A program made the translations under genes and the position numbers. Shown here piece by piece: positions 62,932-64,000 of a DNA stretch of 64,000 bases. Every line of letters begins with the position of its first letter. The stretch's first letter is position 1. This stretch comes from an uncultured candidate division Zixibacteria bacterium (GTDB taxonomy: Bacteria > Zixibacteria > MSB-5A5 > GN15 > FEB-12), in contig CAWDXE010000008.1 in NCBI GenBank assembly GCA_963806185.1, positions 1-64,000 of the forward strand, read 5' to 3'. The notes beneath the pieces are model-generated. The model was given only the letters and a program-made list of their open reading frames with translations, ran no database searches and had not been told where the DNA came from.

Positions 62932-63327
62932 ATGAATCGTCAGCAAGTGTACAAGGAGATTGAAGAGGCTCTCGGCCTGGTACCGACGTTTTTCAAAAAC
63001 GTCCCCGACAGCACGCTCGAACTGGAATGGCGTCTCATGAAGACGGTCCAGATGGACGAGGGACCCGTCCCCAATAAGTACCGGGAGCTGATGGGCGTTG
63101 CCATCGCGTCCATCACCAAATGCCGCTACTGCGCTTACTTTCACACCGAATTTGCCAAACTTAACGGCGCCACACCGGCCGAGATCGAGGACGCCATTCA
63201 TTACGCTAAATCGAGCGCCGGATGGAGCGCCTACATCAACGGCCATCAGCTCGACTTTGATCAGTTTAAGCGGGAAATCGATGGCATCTGCTCACATGCT
63301 CGCAAACAAGTGGCCGGCGCACGCTGA
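62932..63327 (+). CDS. Carboxymuconolactone decarboxylase / AhpD-like protein
   Basis: AAGGAG RBS; 'K.REL..VA......CRYC..FH...A...GAT..EI'. Confidence 0.9.
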   Translation: MNRQQVYKEIEEALGLVPTFFKNVPDSTLELEWRLMKTVQMDEGPVPNKYRELMGVAIASITKCRYCAYFHTEFAKLNGATPAEIEDAIHYAKSSAGWSAYINGHQLDFDQFKREIDGICSHARKQVAGAR

Positions 63328-63425
63328 GATGCAGCTACAACTCTATAATATTGTGAGAAGTCCTCAGAAAAGATTCGAAGCCCCGCACCGCGCGGGGCTT
63401 CGCCATGAGAAGTGAGATAAGAAAC

Positions 63426-64000
63426 CTAGTGGCCGTCTTCGGCGTCATCATCATCGGTACCCGGTGCCATCGGCGCCATACCGTGCCTGCAACCACGCAT
63501 CCCGCCAAGACCGTCCTTGCAGCAATCCTTGCGAAGCTCGTCGAATTTCTTCACCTGATCGGCCGTCAGCACACCCTTCATGGCCGATCTGTGTGCATAG
63601 TTGGCTTTCTGTAATTCTGCGCGAAGACGCGAGACCTCGTCGATCGCCCTATTAACTTCCGCCGTCGGCGCCTGGTCGCGCATGGACGAGGTGAGCTTGA
63701 TTTCCGCTTTCTGTAGAGCGGCCCGACGGTCGATGTTTTGCACCTGATGATCGGTCATCATCGCTTTGAGCTTGTCCCGCTGTTGATCGGTCAACTGGAG
63801 CTGATCCGCAAGTTGCATCAACCCACCCGGACCGCCACAATTGCCCATGCCTCTCATGCTCATGCCCATGCCCCGCCCCATCATGCCTTTTCCGGCATGC
63901 ATGCCCGCCATCTGGCCGCCGCCCATCGCGCAGTCGTTCTTCCCCTGCTGGGCGACCAACACCAGCGGCAGCAATAACATGGCCAACGCAATGAGAATAG
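63426..64000 (-). CDS. Spy/CpxP-like periplasmic protein (start probably outside the window)
   Basis: Signal peptide, Met/Gly-rich segment, LQLTDQQ and VLTADQ LTxxQ motifs. Confidence 0.85.
   Translation of the reverse strand, partial: ILIALAMLLLPLVLVAQQGKNDCAMGGGQMAGMHAGKGMMGRGMGMSMRGMGNCGGPGGLMQLADQLQLTDQQRDKLKAMMTDHQVQNIDRRAALQKAEIKLTSSMRDQAPTAEVNRAIDEVSRLRAELQKANYAHRSAMKGVLTADQVKKFDELRKDCCKDGLGGMRGCRHGMAPMAPGTDDDDAEDGH

Overview
64-kb stretch of GC-rich bacterial chromosome, mostly core genes on the minus strand. A dockerin-like 'GDVD..G.DIGDLT.LI.YLF..GPAP' C-terminus, a cohesin-like protein with a T9SS-type C-terminal domain, and beta-helix surface proteins suggest candidate phylum Zixibacteria or a close FCB relative (inference). 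Contents: panC, a DRG-like GTPase, a surface-polysaccharide cluster (SLBB export protein, Wzz, acetyltransferase, two DegT aminotransferases, MurJ-like flippase, GT4), gatC-kdsB-pyrG, two sigma54 activators, ruvX-mltG, an HtrA pair, a tandem Ser/Thr kinase, dciA-gyrB, murA, a peptidase-propeller-Omp85 fusion, acpS-pyrE, class II RNR, an ECF sigma/anti-sigma/pspC locus, holA, amidase, dGTPase and RNase R. Several conserved genes carry small frameshifts, most simply explained as long-read indel errors. The top candidate for a novel system is an AT-richer insert at about 1819-3116. It encodes a DUF3800 (RNase H-like) protein and a coupled small putative RelE/BECR-fold nuclease, met tail-to-tail by a compact multi-hairpin non-coding RNA on the opposite strand with its own intrinsic terminator. 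A second, approximately 182-nt 6S-like ncRNA lies at 43267-43448. No CRISPR array, rRNA, tRNA, transposase or integrase was recognised. All family calls come from motif recognition by eye, not database searches.
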